DNA of 62,840 nt, filler included, from Basidiobolus ranarum (Eukaryota), in NCBI GenBank assembly GCA_040143965.1. It is 3 parts of 3 records of this genome, joined end to end, with 100 filler letters (N's around TTAATTAATTAA, not from the genome) between each part and the next. Parts side by side here need not be neighbours in the genome. Positions count along the whole stretch, not along the records: positions 1 to 20,919 come from JASJQH010007093.1; positions 21,020 to 41,914 come from JASJQH010007094.1; 1 more part is not named here. The stretch is one strand, 5' to 3'. Below the pieces are notes generated by a model, which saw only the letters and a program-made list of their open reading frames with translations, had not been told where the DNA came from and searched no databases. Below are positions 13,451 through 26,130 of this stretch, one piece after another. The number at the start of each line of letters is the position of its first letter. The first letter of the stretch is position 1. The position numbers and the translations under genes are program-made.

Positions 13451-14604
13451 ATGTTTGCCGCTCTTATTCGCCCACTCTCACAGAAAGCCACAGTCAGTGT
13501 TCTTCCTAGTATGTCAAAGGCTTTTTCGTCCTTTGCTCCACTTCAAAGTAAGTCTTCTGATTCGTTTCTTCGTAAGTTATTTGTAGACTAAAGTGATTTC
13601 ATAGACGCTAGCACTTCTGAATCCGCTCCCAAGAACTATGAACACATTCTCACTGAGGTCAGAGGAAAGGTCGGTTTAGTTACCTTAAACAGACCCAAGG
13701 CCTTGAACGCTCTCTGCAGCGACTTGTTCTACGAATTGAATGACGCTATGGAGAAGTTCGATAACAACGAGGAAATCGGAGCTATTGTATTGACTGGTAG
13801 TGAGAAGGCTTTTGCAGGTTGGTTTACTTGGTAACATATATTCCTATTTTCTTGACAATATTAACAAACTACGTTTCGTGGCTTAGCTGGTGCTGATATT
13901 AAGGAGATGCGTAATAGTAATTACATTGAAAATTTGAAAACCAATTTCCTCGGCCATTGGACCAAAATCACCACTATTCGTAAGCCGGTCATCGCTGCCG
14001 TTAATGGTTTTGCTGTATGTATATTTATTATTTGTCATCTATTGGATCATGATAATAACCATGTTACATTTAGTTGGGCGGTGGATGTGAATTGGCCATG
14101 ATGTGTGATATCATCTACGCTGGTGAGAAGGCTAGATTTGGCCAGCCTGAGATCAAGCTTGGCACTATTCCCGGTGCCGGTGGTACCCAACGTCTTGTCA
14201 AAGCTGTTGGTAAATCCAAGGCTATGGAAATAGTATTGACTGGTACCTGGAATTTGTCAGCTCAAGAGGCTGAGAAAGCAGGTTTAGTTAGCAAAGTTTT
14301 CCCCGCTGATCAGCTCGTCGATGAGGCATTGAAAACCGCCGAAATCATTGCCAACTACTCTCAACCAATGGTTCAAATGGCTAAAGAGGCCGTAAACCAG
14401 TCCTTTGAAATCCCACTTGCCTCTGGATTACTCTTCGAACGCCGTTTGTTCCACAGCACTTTTGGCACTGTAAGTAAAATATTGAATTGGAGGTTAAAGA
14501 TTTAAGAGCTCCTCACTAATCAAGTTTTCAATTTATAGAATGATCAACGCGAGGGTATGGGCGCTTTTGTGGAAAAAAGAAGTGCCAAGTTCACCAATAA
14601 TTAG
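13451..14604 (+). CDS. Mitochondrial short-chain enoyl-CoA hydratase (ECHS1-like), 5 exons
   Basis: Presequence, then [45 protein letters not shown] and [20 protein letters not shown]. The last exon encodes [13 protein letters not shown]. Confidence 0.95.
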
Positions 14605-15233
14605 AACGATTTGTTACTTGATTGTTCTCGTTTTATACTTTGCCAGCATACTAGCACTCTCATTTCAATTATGTATAAGCAATAAAATCTGTTTGAATAA
14701 ACAATTTTTCCAAATCTTACTGCAGTTATTATCCATACAAGAACAAAGAATATTAAGTTAAAATGTCAAAGCAAATTTATGGTTGAAGGAGACTGTGTTT
14801 TCTCTGTACCTACTTTGAATTTTAACCAAAACCATTGCTCCTAGTGATAAAATTTGGAGAGATAAATATGGATAGTACAAACTAGGTCAGTTTGAACCTA
14901 ATCATCTAGATTTATGTTACATGTGTCTCTACTGATGAACTTTTCCAGGAAATTCCCCACGGTTATGTGCTTGTAGGAGGAACCAATTGAGAGGCCTATG
15001 TTCGTCGCAAACACCTGGGAATGTTGCAAGTCTGAATTATCGGTAATTCTTTTAGTGGGAAGGGGGTTTATCCACAAGTGTAAATTACTCTACTGATTTT
15101 CAGTTTCTCACGATTCATCCGATTGTATTTCACTGCATTGCAAGGCTGTATTCCTTTTAAAAGGCGAGCCTGCTGATGCAGTTTGACATTATCTATCGCC
15201 TATTCCGCACTTCTCAACCAAACTTTCTCAATA

Positions 15234-16386
15234 ATGCAAGCACTCGCACGAATCCCATCTACCAGTGGTTTTGCTACTCTTCGCAATGTTAACATCCTTC
15301 CCCAAGTAGCTCGTCGTTACTACTCAAGTGGTGAGTTTTTCTAAATATTAACGAGAAATTAATTGGTATCAATTGACTAACAACCATTCCTTCTATAGAA
15401 AAGGTAGCATTGCTTTGAAATCTGTCCCAAAGAGGGGGAATAGAAACTAATCCATTTCATTTATTATATAGAAGATTGAAACCATCGGATTCATCGGACT
15501 TGGACAAATGGGTTTTCATATGGCCAACAACTTGATTCGCAAGAGTGGTGCCCCTTTGGTTATTCACGATACTAATAGTGAGATTGTGAATAAGTTCACT
15601 GCTTTAAACTCTGATAGAAAGATTGAGGTGGTCGGATCCCCATTGGAAGTAGCGGAAAGATCGTCTGTCATCATTAGTATGTTACCCGCTTCTCCTCATG
15701 TGAAGGAAGTATACCTCGGAGAAAAGGGTGTATTAAAGGCTTTGAAGAAAGGTTCCCTAGTCATGGATTCTAGTACTATCGATGCTGCAGTGTCTCAACT
15801 TATTGCCGAGAAAGTGCGCGAAGCTGGAAGTATTGCCTTAGATCCCCCCGGTTCTGGAGGAGTACCTGGTGCTGAGGCAGGAACTTTAACCTTCATGTGC
15901 GGTGCTCAAGATGAAGCAGAATTTGAACGTGCCAAGAAACACCTTGTTAACATGGGAAAGAACATCGTATACTGCGGTAGTAATGGTAATGGCCAAGTGG
16001 CTAAGATCTGCAACAACATGTTACTTGGTATCTCCATGATGGGTGTGTCCGAGGCTATGAATCTTGGAGTTAAATTAGGAATGGATCCCAATTTGTTGGC
16101 CTCCATCTTGAATACATCCACCGGAAGATGCTGGTCTTCAGAAGTCTACAACCCATGCCCCGGAGTGGTCCCTACTGCCCCAGCTAGCAAAGGTTACGCT
16201 GGTGGCTTCGGAATCTCCTTAATGGCCAAAGATATGGGATTGGCGGTCACTGCTGCCAATGAATCCAAGACTCCAGTATTGCTCGGTGGATTAGCACATC
16301 AGTTGTACAATCAAATCATGAAAACCACTGGCTACGAACGTAAAGATTTCAGTATCACTTACAAATGGTTGAACGAGAAGAATTAA
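15234..16386 (+). CDS. 3-hydroxyisobutyrate dehydrogenase, mitochondrial; exons 15234..15330, 15399..15403, 15472..16386
   Basis: IGFIGLGQMG Rossmann motif, DSSTID, GAEAGTLTFM, AKICNNMLLG, TGRCWSSEVYNPCPG and LMAKD. Confidence 0.95.
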
Positions 16387-16699
16387 CTTGACTGGTCCAC
16401 TCAATCCATGCACTCTATCCATGCATTTTCATCATGAATAAATTCATCATTCACTCACTTACTTGATCATATGACGTATTATTCCACCAACAGTGGAATC
16501 CATTTTTCTTGGAACACATCCTATGCTTGTCCAATACCTTTATTGGGATTAGTTTCCCCACCTGTATGCCTACCGGTATACTCACAAGTGGCCCACTGTT
16601 CATATGCATGATTTATCGCTTGTGTTTGTCATCCAAAAATGGATTATTCTCGTCAACACACTCTATATATAAATCCAATTCTCACGCTTCCAATGTACG

Positions 16700-19600
16700 T
16701 ATTCCAAATAGCTGGTTGAGATTTGAAAGTAAGCTCTATGGAATTATTGCAATATACTTGCTTTGGTAACTTCAATACAGTTGCAGTTAAATTAATTGGA
16801 CTAAGCCACTAATATTCTCAACCCAAATACTAAGCAAGTCCAATTAGGGTCCAATTCCAATTCTTCCTTAAATGCCTCTTTTTTATAGGCTATCTATTTT
16901 TCATGGGTACTTGATCTGATAATGCTGGTATATATATATTTAACTACTCTTTTTACCTCTTGGTTTAACTAGACAGTCTTACAGCTTTCTTGATAGAAAA
17001 TGCTTTATACATTGAAAGGGTGGTGCTTCCTTGTTTAATACACACATTTTGGTTGGACATTTATTTTATCATTGCTTTGCCTGTCTTCATCCAGTTCAAA
17101 AATGCTATGTAAACCCTTGAGTAACTTTCTGCTTAACATTCTCTACATTAACCTATATTGCTGTGCTAACTTTGGTATCAACATTTTAGGACAAACCTTG
17201 GTCATAACCACACATTTGATATTGCATCCTTCACTGTTGTAATCTTATTGTAAAGTCCATATAGCAGATACCAGACTGTACTACTTCAATAGTAAGACCA
17301 TACACCAGCCAAAGCTTGTTAATCATGGTATTATCATACTGCACAGCAAACTCTCAATATTCCATTAATAAAACATCTAGTTTTTGGCTTTGACTCTTAT
17401 ATCACCTCTGACAAAAATGGTTTCATCAGATTGGGATCTGTTCATGATCATATTGACACATGACCAATAGGGTACCAACATGTTCCTGTCAAGTTACCAT
17501 TCATGTAATTATTGTTGAATTAAGCCTAACCTAAAAACCTATAGAGTCATATAGAGCTTAGTATCTATTTATTTCATATTTCACTAAGATATTATCAAAT
17601 ATTCTCCATTGGCAGTTACTTGGAATATTTTACCAACTTAGAGGCTCATAGATATACAGATTTGTCAAACTTGTGCTAGAAGCACCAGACTTTGCACAAA
17701 TACTCCTGGTGTTAAAGTATTCTGGGAGCCAGTTAGAAGTGGCTTGGAGAACTAGACGGATTGTTGTTTTCAATTTTCAATTTATTCAGTAGCAAGTTGA
17801 CATTTATAATTTATCAGGATGTAAGCAGACTAACATGTAGGATTTGTTACAAGAGATCTCAAGTGCATGCATGCAATGTTTTGGGCTTCTAACACAAGCT
17901 TAAAAAGTATCTTTTATCTGAGAACCTCTAAGTTAGTAAAATATCCCAAGTAAATTCCAATTCAGAATGAGGGGTGGTATCTTAATAAAGTACAAGATAA
18001 CTGAATAATAAGTTATATATGACTATTTTGGTGCTAAGGTAATGCTGATTCTAACACTCTCTCCTAACTCATTAGTCATATAAACAAATTCTAAGGAAGA
18101 TCTATATATATTTATCATCAGAGCATGAGACAGCAGCTCTGAAATTCAGAATCTTTTGGTTTGCTGGCATTCCTATGCAATCTCTACTTTCATGTGCCCA
18201 AGCAATTTTGGGTCATTATGTAGGCTTAATGGTCTTACACATATTCTGCTCTGCTAGATTGTCATGGTGAAATTCATATATATGGTGTAGGATTGATTGA
18301 AATCCCATATGAGAATGGATGGAGGGAGCAGCATGTTGCTACAGGTCAAGTACAGCATTTGGAAGGTCTTGGATCATACTTGAGTGACTCTCTAACTGTT
18401 GACTAGTTGCTTCTGCATGCTGGATTGATTGCAATATTGCTGCATTATTACTTGTCATGTCTTGTATAGCAACATTGTAGTTTTTACTTACAATTGCATA
18501 CATATCATTTTGGTATTCTGCCTGAGATTCCCTGGCTGTAATGGTTCTATCAAAGTTGTCTGTGGAGGGGTGTTTGGTGGTTGGCAGAGTAGGCATTTTG
18601 GAAGTTGCTGGTCTTGATGGTGTTTCTGTTGAACTTTGCTCAACAATTGATTTACTATGCAACTGGGAGATTGTAATCTCTTCACCTGTACTATTGCTAG
18701 AAAGGAACACATCTAGTAATTTAATTAATGCTCCCATTGTTACTTGAGTTAGTTCCTGGCATGTTAATACCTTCCAAAGTGGATATTGGATTGCTAGACT
18801 ACTCATCAATTGAGTCTCCTGTTCTTGCTGGCTGTTTTCCTTTCCTTCCTGCAGGCTTTTGCTTGAAAGCCAATTTTGATTTAAATTTGAAAACTTTTTC
18901 AATGACATTGGAATATTCAGATGATAAACTTTGTGCATTGAAATTGCTTAGAAACAAAATATGATTAACTAAAATTGACATCCATTACCTGAAATATCTT
19001 GCAAATTCCCTAATGACTCATTTGTGACACTATCTCAGAAGCAGCCAATGGTATTGATGGGATATACCTCAAATATCACCCTTACATAGTGGGTTTTCTT
19101 TTTCTACAATATCCTCCTCATGCTGTGACACAAGTTGATTGGCAATGGTTCCTTGCCACAGAACTGGTACAATTGGATTACACTTATTAATTGTATGCCT
19201 TGTAAACATTCAGTAATTGAACTACCTTCATGTCCTAATGGCTGTTTGGCTTTCACCAGTGATATGGCAAACCTGAAGTCATGTACTGTTTGCACAGAAT
19301 AGCCAATCACTGAATCAGGTAAATATCATACATATTTGGCATACATACTATTGATTTCTAGTCTTAAGGTTTGATGAAATCATCAAAATATAGATTTTTG
19401 ATCAGGTATCAAAGAACTCACCATAAAGCTGATGGTATTACCAGTATACTTTGTGGATATTACAGCCACAATCTGAGCAGTCAAAGTGTTGTGCACCAAT
19501 ATACAAGGTTGTTTAACTTATGCCATATGTATACAACCTGCATGAATATCTGTTTAGTTTAGCATCATTGCTTTCTAGTCACCTGACCTTATCCAGTGAC

Positions 19601-19900
19601 TCTATCATGTGACTTATCATATGAATAACTAGCTATTCTCTTAACCTTCTATCAGATTGTATGACCAATCACATGATCATTATCCAATTGGTATTAACCT
19701 CTGAGTTGTTGAAGTATATTGTCTTTATCATATTTGTTATCTCTATCTTTATACACCTAACTATTTCATATATCACATATAAGTTAGTCAACATTACTTA
19801 GTCAAATATCACTTATCTGAAAACCGGAACATTTGTTATATATATGTGAATAATGTGAGAATTAGCAATTCCATATTGGAAATTTCAAACTCATCCAAAT
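16700..19900. mobile_element. Degenerate, CpG-depleted repeat/transposon-derived region (class unresolved)
   Basis: ~3 kb with no intact gene, broken ORFs (longest 18339..18938, minus strand) and almost no CpG. It lies next to an inverted-repeat element and a contig end. Confidence 0.5.
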
Positions 19901-19974
19901 TGCCCCAAAGATAGCTCATTTTACTCCCACAGATGTTCTGAACACAACACCAGTGTTAGTTTTCTGTATTTCCA

Positions 19975-20919
19975 CCAAAATGTATAAATGCTTTATTTCT
20001 GGACAATAAATAATTATCTTACAAAGCAATTCACAACTCACTTTTCTAAAGTTCCTCCAAACAGCCCATATTTTCCCAATATGAGTTATCTGCTCAGACA
20101 CAAGTCAATATGAGTCACAAGAAATATAACCAATGATCTTTCACTGCCAAGACTTCAACTGTTGCATGACTCACTTATCTATCTATCCATCTATCTAATC
20201 AGATTGTGTTTTATCAGAATTAGTCATATATTATTTTTGTGCTGACTAATTCACCTAGCTATCAAAAAGTATAAATAAAGCTAACTGAACCTTTTGGTTT
20301 AGTGTGTCTTTGCAAATATGGGATCTCAGCACTTCTCAGTGTTTCTCAACAAATTCAATATTCCTCTCTCATTTCTATACAAGCCCAGTATCAACTAGCA
20401 TCTACAGTACACAAAGCCTAGCTGCCTAGCAAACCTACTCTCTACCATAACATAGCAACCCATTGCTATTCCCAAGACATGCATTAGTTAGATCTGCTCT
20501 GCTAATATATCCTGCTTAAACAGTTCTAAGATTCTGCACTTAACTGTTTCTTTGGTCCAGCAAAGCTCAAGACTTTCAATCTACTTTTGTCTTGAATACA
20601 ACACAAGGTTTCTTTGAGAGCACAAATATGTTAAACCCTAGCAAAAATAAAATTGATTTGATCCAGATCAGATCCACCCTCCTGAATTGCAAAACCATCA
20701 GAGAACTGTAACAATATTGGTGGCTTGCATTCTGCCAGGGATTTTGATGTTATGATAGTAGTTTCTTGATGGTCTGTTGATGGTGTTCATACATGTTAAA
20801 ATATTGGCCCTTATTGGGAAAATATGGGCTGTTTGGAGGAACTTTAGAAAAGTGGAGTTGTGAATAGCTTTGTGAGATAATTATTTATTGACCAGAAATT
20901 AAGCATTTATACATTTTGG
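19975..20919. mobile_element. Non-autonomous inverted-repeat element (MITE-like), right end truncated by the gap
   Basis: 19975-20081 is a near-perfect reverse complement of 20812-20919 (~107 bp) and encloses ~730 bp of non-coding DNA. Confidence 0.75.
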
Positions 20920-21019
20920 NNNNNNNNNNNNNNNNNNNNNNNNNNNNNNNNNNNNNNNNNNNNTTAATTAATTAANNNNNNNNNNNNNNNNNNNNNNNNN
21001 NNNNNNNNNNNNNNNNNNN
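20920..21019. other. Assembly gap with artificial TTAATTAATTAA linker
   Basis: N-run, TTAATTAATTAA, N-run. The same structure occurs at 41915-42013. Confidence 0.97.
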
Positions 21020-21856
21020 CTATTTGGTGACCAGCGTCATAAGTCTGCTTAAGGAAATGTCCAATATGACTTTGGGCAACTTGAGATCCCAAGACAAAGA
21101 AAGTAGCCTTCACATGTGATACTGGTATAGCTGATATAATGCAAATATAGGATGAACATGGTGAATCGAGCCCTTCCATGGTTAGTGCTTCTAAGCACTC
21201 ACTTGTTACCTATATTGCTTTTACATGCCCTCATGCGTTTGATTCTGATTAATGCTAAGTTGTCCAATCAAGATGCTATGAGTGAACAAAGGTGCTAGTT
21301 TTTGGAATTGGAGACCTTTTCTCACACCGAGTATTAAGTAACGCACGTACATTCCATTGATTAGCCAAGCTTGATGATGTTCGGTAAGTTGTGTGTGACA
21401 AAGAATGACTAATTATAGTAACCAAATACTCTCCATCTTAAAATCATAATCATCGAAGAAAACGAATTACTTGGGTCAAAATGGTATTAATTCGACTTCA
21501 GCATTCGATGTGATTTGCTGCAACAGTTGAGTACTTGACAACCATTTTGATGGATATCTTATCTAATCAGCAATGGCCAGATTTCGAGGTCTCGTAACCT
21601 ATTTACTCATCGAGACTGATGCTTTAATGGACGTAGGTTTATGCTATCGTTGGAGGCTTTTCTTTTTGTAAATTCATTTTCCTATACCAGCTAGGATATA
21701 CATGTTCTGATACCTAATAAAGAAATCATTTCTTAAGTTGGCATGGATTCACACACTCGGAACTCTCGTCATCAATAAGAAGTAGTCAGAAAATTTTTTC
21801 CCACCCGTCTGATTCCTAGACACCATCTATTGATATCTTGAGAGGTAATCGCACCC

Positions 21857-24800
21857 ATGTTACGTCTGATATATCGCACAAAATCTAGAGCTCTTTTGCC
21901 TATAACTTTAGGAGGCCTCCCCACTCGTTACCCTACTTATCGTCTCCTATCGTCTCATTCCTCTTTTCGCAGTCATAATATGCCAGCTCAACTCATTGAC
22001 GGAAAGAGCATTGCTCAGTATGTTAATGTTTTCTTTTTTATAGAATAGTACATAATACTATATAGTTACTCTCAACTTTGTTTCCATTTGACTTACCTTG
22101 CTATTGTGTAAAACCTTGATAGGTCCATCCGTACTAAACTTAAGGAAGAAACTGCCGAACTCAAGCAAAAATATTCGACTTTCAAGCCACATTTAGCCAT
22201 TGTCCAAGTAGGAGAGCGTGAGGACTCATCCCTATATGTCAGACAAAAAGCAAGATGTGCCAAAGAGGTAAACTATTCACTTATTTCCACTCTGTGAGTG
22301 AGTGAAAGCTAATTATTCTTGTAGATTGATTTTGAATTTACCGACTGTAAACTACCAGATACTGTTACTCAACATGAGGTACATTCAAATTAAAACTTTC
22401 GCAGTATATGACTCAAAAACTAATCCATTATTAGTTACTAGAGGTTGTGAACGAACTCAACAGCAACCCGGCTATCCATGGAATTTTGGTCCAACTTCCT
22501 TTACCCAAGGGCATCAACGAAATTGAGATTACCGAAGCCATTAGTCCTGAAAAAGATGTTGACGGGTATGATATATCTTTTTGTTTACCAAATCTTTCTC
22601 AATTCTAATATCTGTCATAATCGTAGATTTCACCCTTACAACATTGGAAGACTTTCCAAGCGTAGTTGTGATCCCATGTTTTTACCTTGCACTCCTTTCG
22701 GTATTCTAGAGCTTTTGACTCGCTCCAAAGTAGATATTTCCGGTAAGAAAGCTGTGGTGATTGGACGTAGCGACATCGTTGGCACTCCTATATTCAATAT
22801 TCTTACCAACAATAACGCTACTGCCGTTCTTTGTCACTCCAAGACTCAAAATCTACCAGAGATCGTTAAATCTGCCGATATTGTGGTAGTAGCTATTGGT
22901 CAGCCTGATTTTGTCAAAGGTGACTGGATTAAGCCCGGAGCGTTGTTATTGACGTAGGAACTAATGCTATTCCTGATCCTACCAAAAAATCGGGAATTCG
23001 TTGGACTGGTGACGTTGATTTTGCTTCTGTATCTGAAGTAGCTTCACAAATAACCCCCGTTCCTGGAGGTGTTGGACCTATGACCGTGGCTATGCTAATG
23101 ACCAATACCTTACTTAGTGCTAAGCGCTATTTGGAGAAGTCTCATGAGCGCAAGATCACCCCAATCCCTCTTGCTCTTAAAGAACCCGTACCAAGTGATA
23201 TCGACATTGCTATGGCTCAGAAGCCTAAGAAAGTCAAGTACATTGCCCAAGATTTAGGTCTCTTTGAAAGCGAATACGATCTTTATGGTCAATATAAAGC
23301 CAAGATTGATCCAGCTGTATTGGAGAGATTGAAGCATCGTAAAGATGGTAAATATGTTGTGGTAACCGGTATTACCCCTACTCCCTTGGGTGAAGGAAAA
23401 TCCACAACAACTATGGGCTTAGTACAAGCTCTCGGTGCACATCTCAATAAGATAGCCTTTGCTTGTGTCAGACAACCTTCACAGGGTCCCACTTTCGGTA
23501 TCAAAGGTGGTGCCGCCGGTGGTGGTTACTCCCAGGTTATTCCCATGGACGAATTTAATCTCCATCTTACTGGTGATATCCACGCAATTACCGCTGCTAA
23601 TAACCTGTTGGCTGCCGCGATTGACGCCAGAATGTTCCACGAAGCTACTCAAAGTGACAACGCTCTGTTCAACAGATTGTGTCCAGCTAAGAATGGAGTT
23701 CGCAAATTCTCTAATGTAATGAAAACACGTCTTGAGAAGTTGGGTATTACAGGCACCGAGCCTGATGATCTAACTGCTGAAGAAAAAGCTCGTTTTGCAC
23801 GACTTGACATCGATCCTGATACCATCACTTGGCAAAGAGTGTTGGATACAAATGATCGTTTTTTGAGAAAGATTACTATTGGTCAAAACTCAACTGAAAG
23901 TGGTCATGAACGCGAAACTGGCTTTGACATTGCAGTCGCTAGTGAATGTATGGCAGTATTAGCTTTAAGCACCTCTCTAAGTGATATGCGCGAGAGATTA
24001 GGCCGTATGGTAGTAGCCTCCAGTAGATCTGGTGAGCCTGTTACTGCAGATGATATTGGCATTGGTGGTGCTTTGACTGTTTTGATGAAGGATGCCATCA
24101 AGCCTAATTTGATGCAGACTCTTGAAGGCACACCAGTCTTCGTTCATGCTGGTCCTTTCGCCAACATAGCCCACGGAAATTCTTCCATTCTAGCCGATAG
24201 AATTGCCCTCAAGCTGGCAGGTGTTGAAGAAGGCGAAGATGATTCATCAGCTGGTTATGTCGTTACTGAAGCAGGTTTCGGTGCCGATATTGGTATGGAG
24301 AAGTTCTTTGACATCAAATGCCGAATTTCTGGTTTAGTTCCAAATGCTGTAGTTCTTGTTGCAACAATCAAGGCATTGAAAATGCATGGCGGTGGTCCTG
24401 ACGTTACTCCCGGTAAGCCTTTGCCAGATGAATATCAAAACGAAAATCTTGAACTACTTGAAAAGGGTTGCAATAACCTTGCTAAGCACATTGAAAATGC
24501 TAAGAAATTCGGAATTTCCGTTATTGTTGCGGTAAATAAGTTCAAGACCGATACTGATGCTGAAATCGAATTGGTAAAACGCTTGTCGTTGTCAGCCGGT
24601 GCTGATGATGCAGTATCCTGTAATCACTGGGCTCAGGGTGGTCTTGGTGCCGTTGACCTCGCTAACTCTGTAGTTAAAGTGTGCTCAAATACACCAGACT
24701 TCAAATTCCTTTACGATGTCAACTCAAGCATTGAACAAAAGATTGAAACCATTGCCAAAGAAATGTATGGCGCTGATGGAGTTTCCTTCTCTGACCTTGC

Positions 24801-25252
24801 TCGTCAAAAAGTAGAACTATACGCCAAACAAGTGAGTTACTAATTTATCCAATGCCATATTAGAGTAATCTCTTACTAATCTTTAACCCCAGGGTTTCGA
24901 TAATCTTCCTATTTGTATGGCCAAGACTCATTTAAGTCTTTCTCATGACCCTAAGCTCAAGGGCGTTCCTACAGGTACACAGTTATATTTCATTCAAATC
25001 ATATCGACCTCTATTAACATGGGTTTTTGAAGGATTTACTGTTCCTATTCGTGACATTCGTGCTAGTGTAGGCGCTGGTTTCCTCTATCCTCTTGTAGGT
25101 ACCATGCAGACCATGCCAGGACTTCCTACTGTAAGTATATTTTGCACTATGTTGTCATATTTATCATGTTCCTAACTCGCTGTATTTAGCGCCCTTGTTT
25201 CTATGATGTGGACTTGGATCCTGAGACTGGTAGAGTTATGGGGCTTTTCTAA
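21857..25252 (+). CDS. Trifunctional C1-tetrahydrofolate synthase (ADE3/MIS1-type), multi-exon, with a 1-nt frameshift at ~22941
   Basis: [55 protein letters not shown], then the FTHFS domain [35 protein letters not shown] and [18 protein letters not shown]. Confidence 0.93.
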
Positions 25253-26130
25253 TGTGCTGAGATGACTCTTGGCATCCCAACGTTTGAGTATGTCACAATA
25301 CCCTACGTTAATCCTGTTATATAGTAAATCTTTTGTTATTCAAACACAAGAATTATATCAACTTAGTTCGCAATCATTCATCAAATAATCACTGAAATAT
25401 TTTGGATTTCATACATAAACATCTTAAAACTACTCTTTCAACTTGTTCAAGTACAACAATCATATTTGGTAATTCAATGCATAGACGGGGAAAATGGAAT
25501 GTCCATATATAAGCCCTCACCTGACTTAGATTAGAATGCAGACCGAAGTAGAATCGATCTTGGATAAAGTAACAAAATGATGTAAATCTGACTGTTGTTG
25601 ATTGAACTGACGCAAAGTGCTTAGCAAATATACGACTCTTCGTGAAGTTGGCATAGCGGAAGAAATTAGATAATTACTAATCGCGATAGATTATCTCGCT
25701 CGAGTTTCCTGGAAAATTTGAAATCCGAGGAGCACCTTAATAATCTTGCCCGGAACAAATTTCTTAAACAGAAGAACACGTACACTCGCTTGAATTGGAC
25801 CTGATACATCCAAAAAGTTATATGAATTTAATAAAGTAAAATATTGGTTGAACAGGTTCAGTTCCACACAATATCAGCGTGATCAAGGGTTAAGGTTGAC
25901 CTCACAGAGTCATGTGAAAATGGTGATTTTGTAATTTCTTATGTAGGACAAACCTTGCCGGTCATTGGAATATTTTCATATATATCTCACCAAGTCAGAA
26001 ACGCTCTTCAAACTTGGAGAAAGTATACAACTCACTTTCATAGAATTCCTACCAAGTCACCCTCTCATTACCTCCCAATTTCTACTTGGTATATTTTATA
26101 TATTTACCACCTGGCCTCGTATTGTTATAC

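Noticed and set aside
16800-18300. Possible DIRS/tyrosine-recombinase retroelement motifs on the minus strand
   Set aside because: Only vague fragments that need frameshifts to read; I could not support a TE class.
20964-20975. TTAATTAATTAA palindrome between N-runs (also at 41959-41970)
   Set aside because: Identical in both gaps and placing stops in all frames, so it is an artificial linker. ORFs ending in ..XLIN are artefacts.
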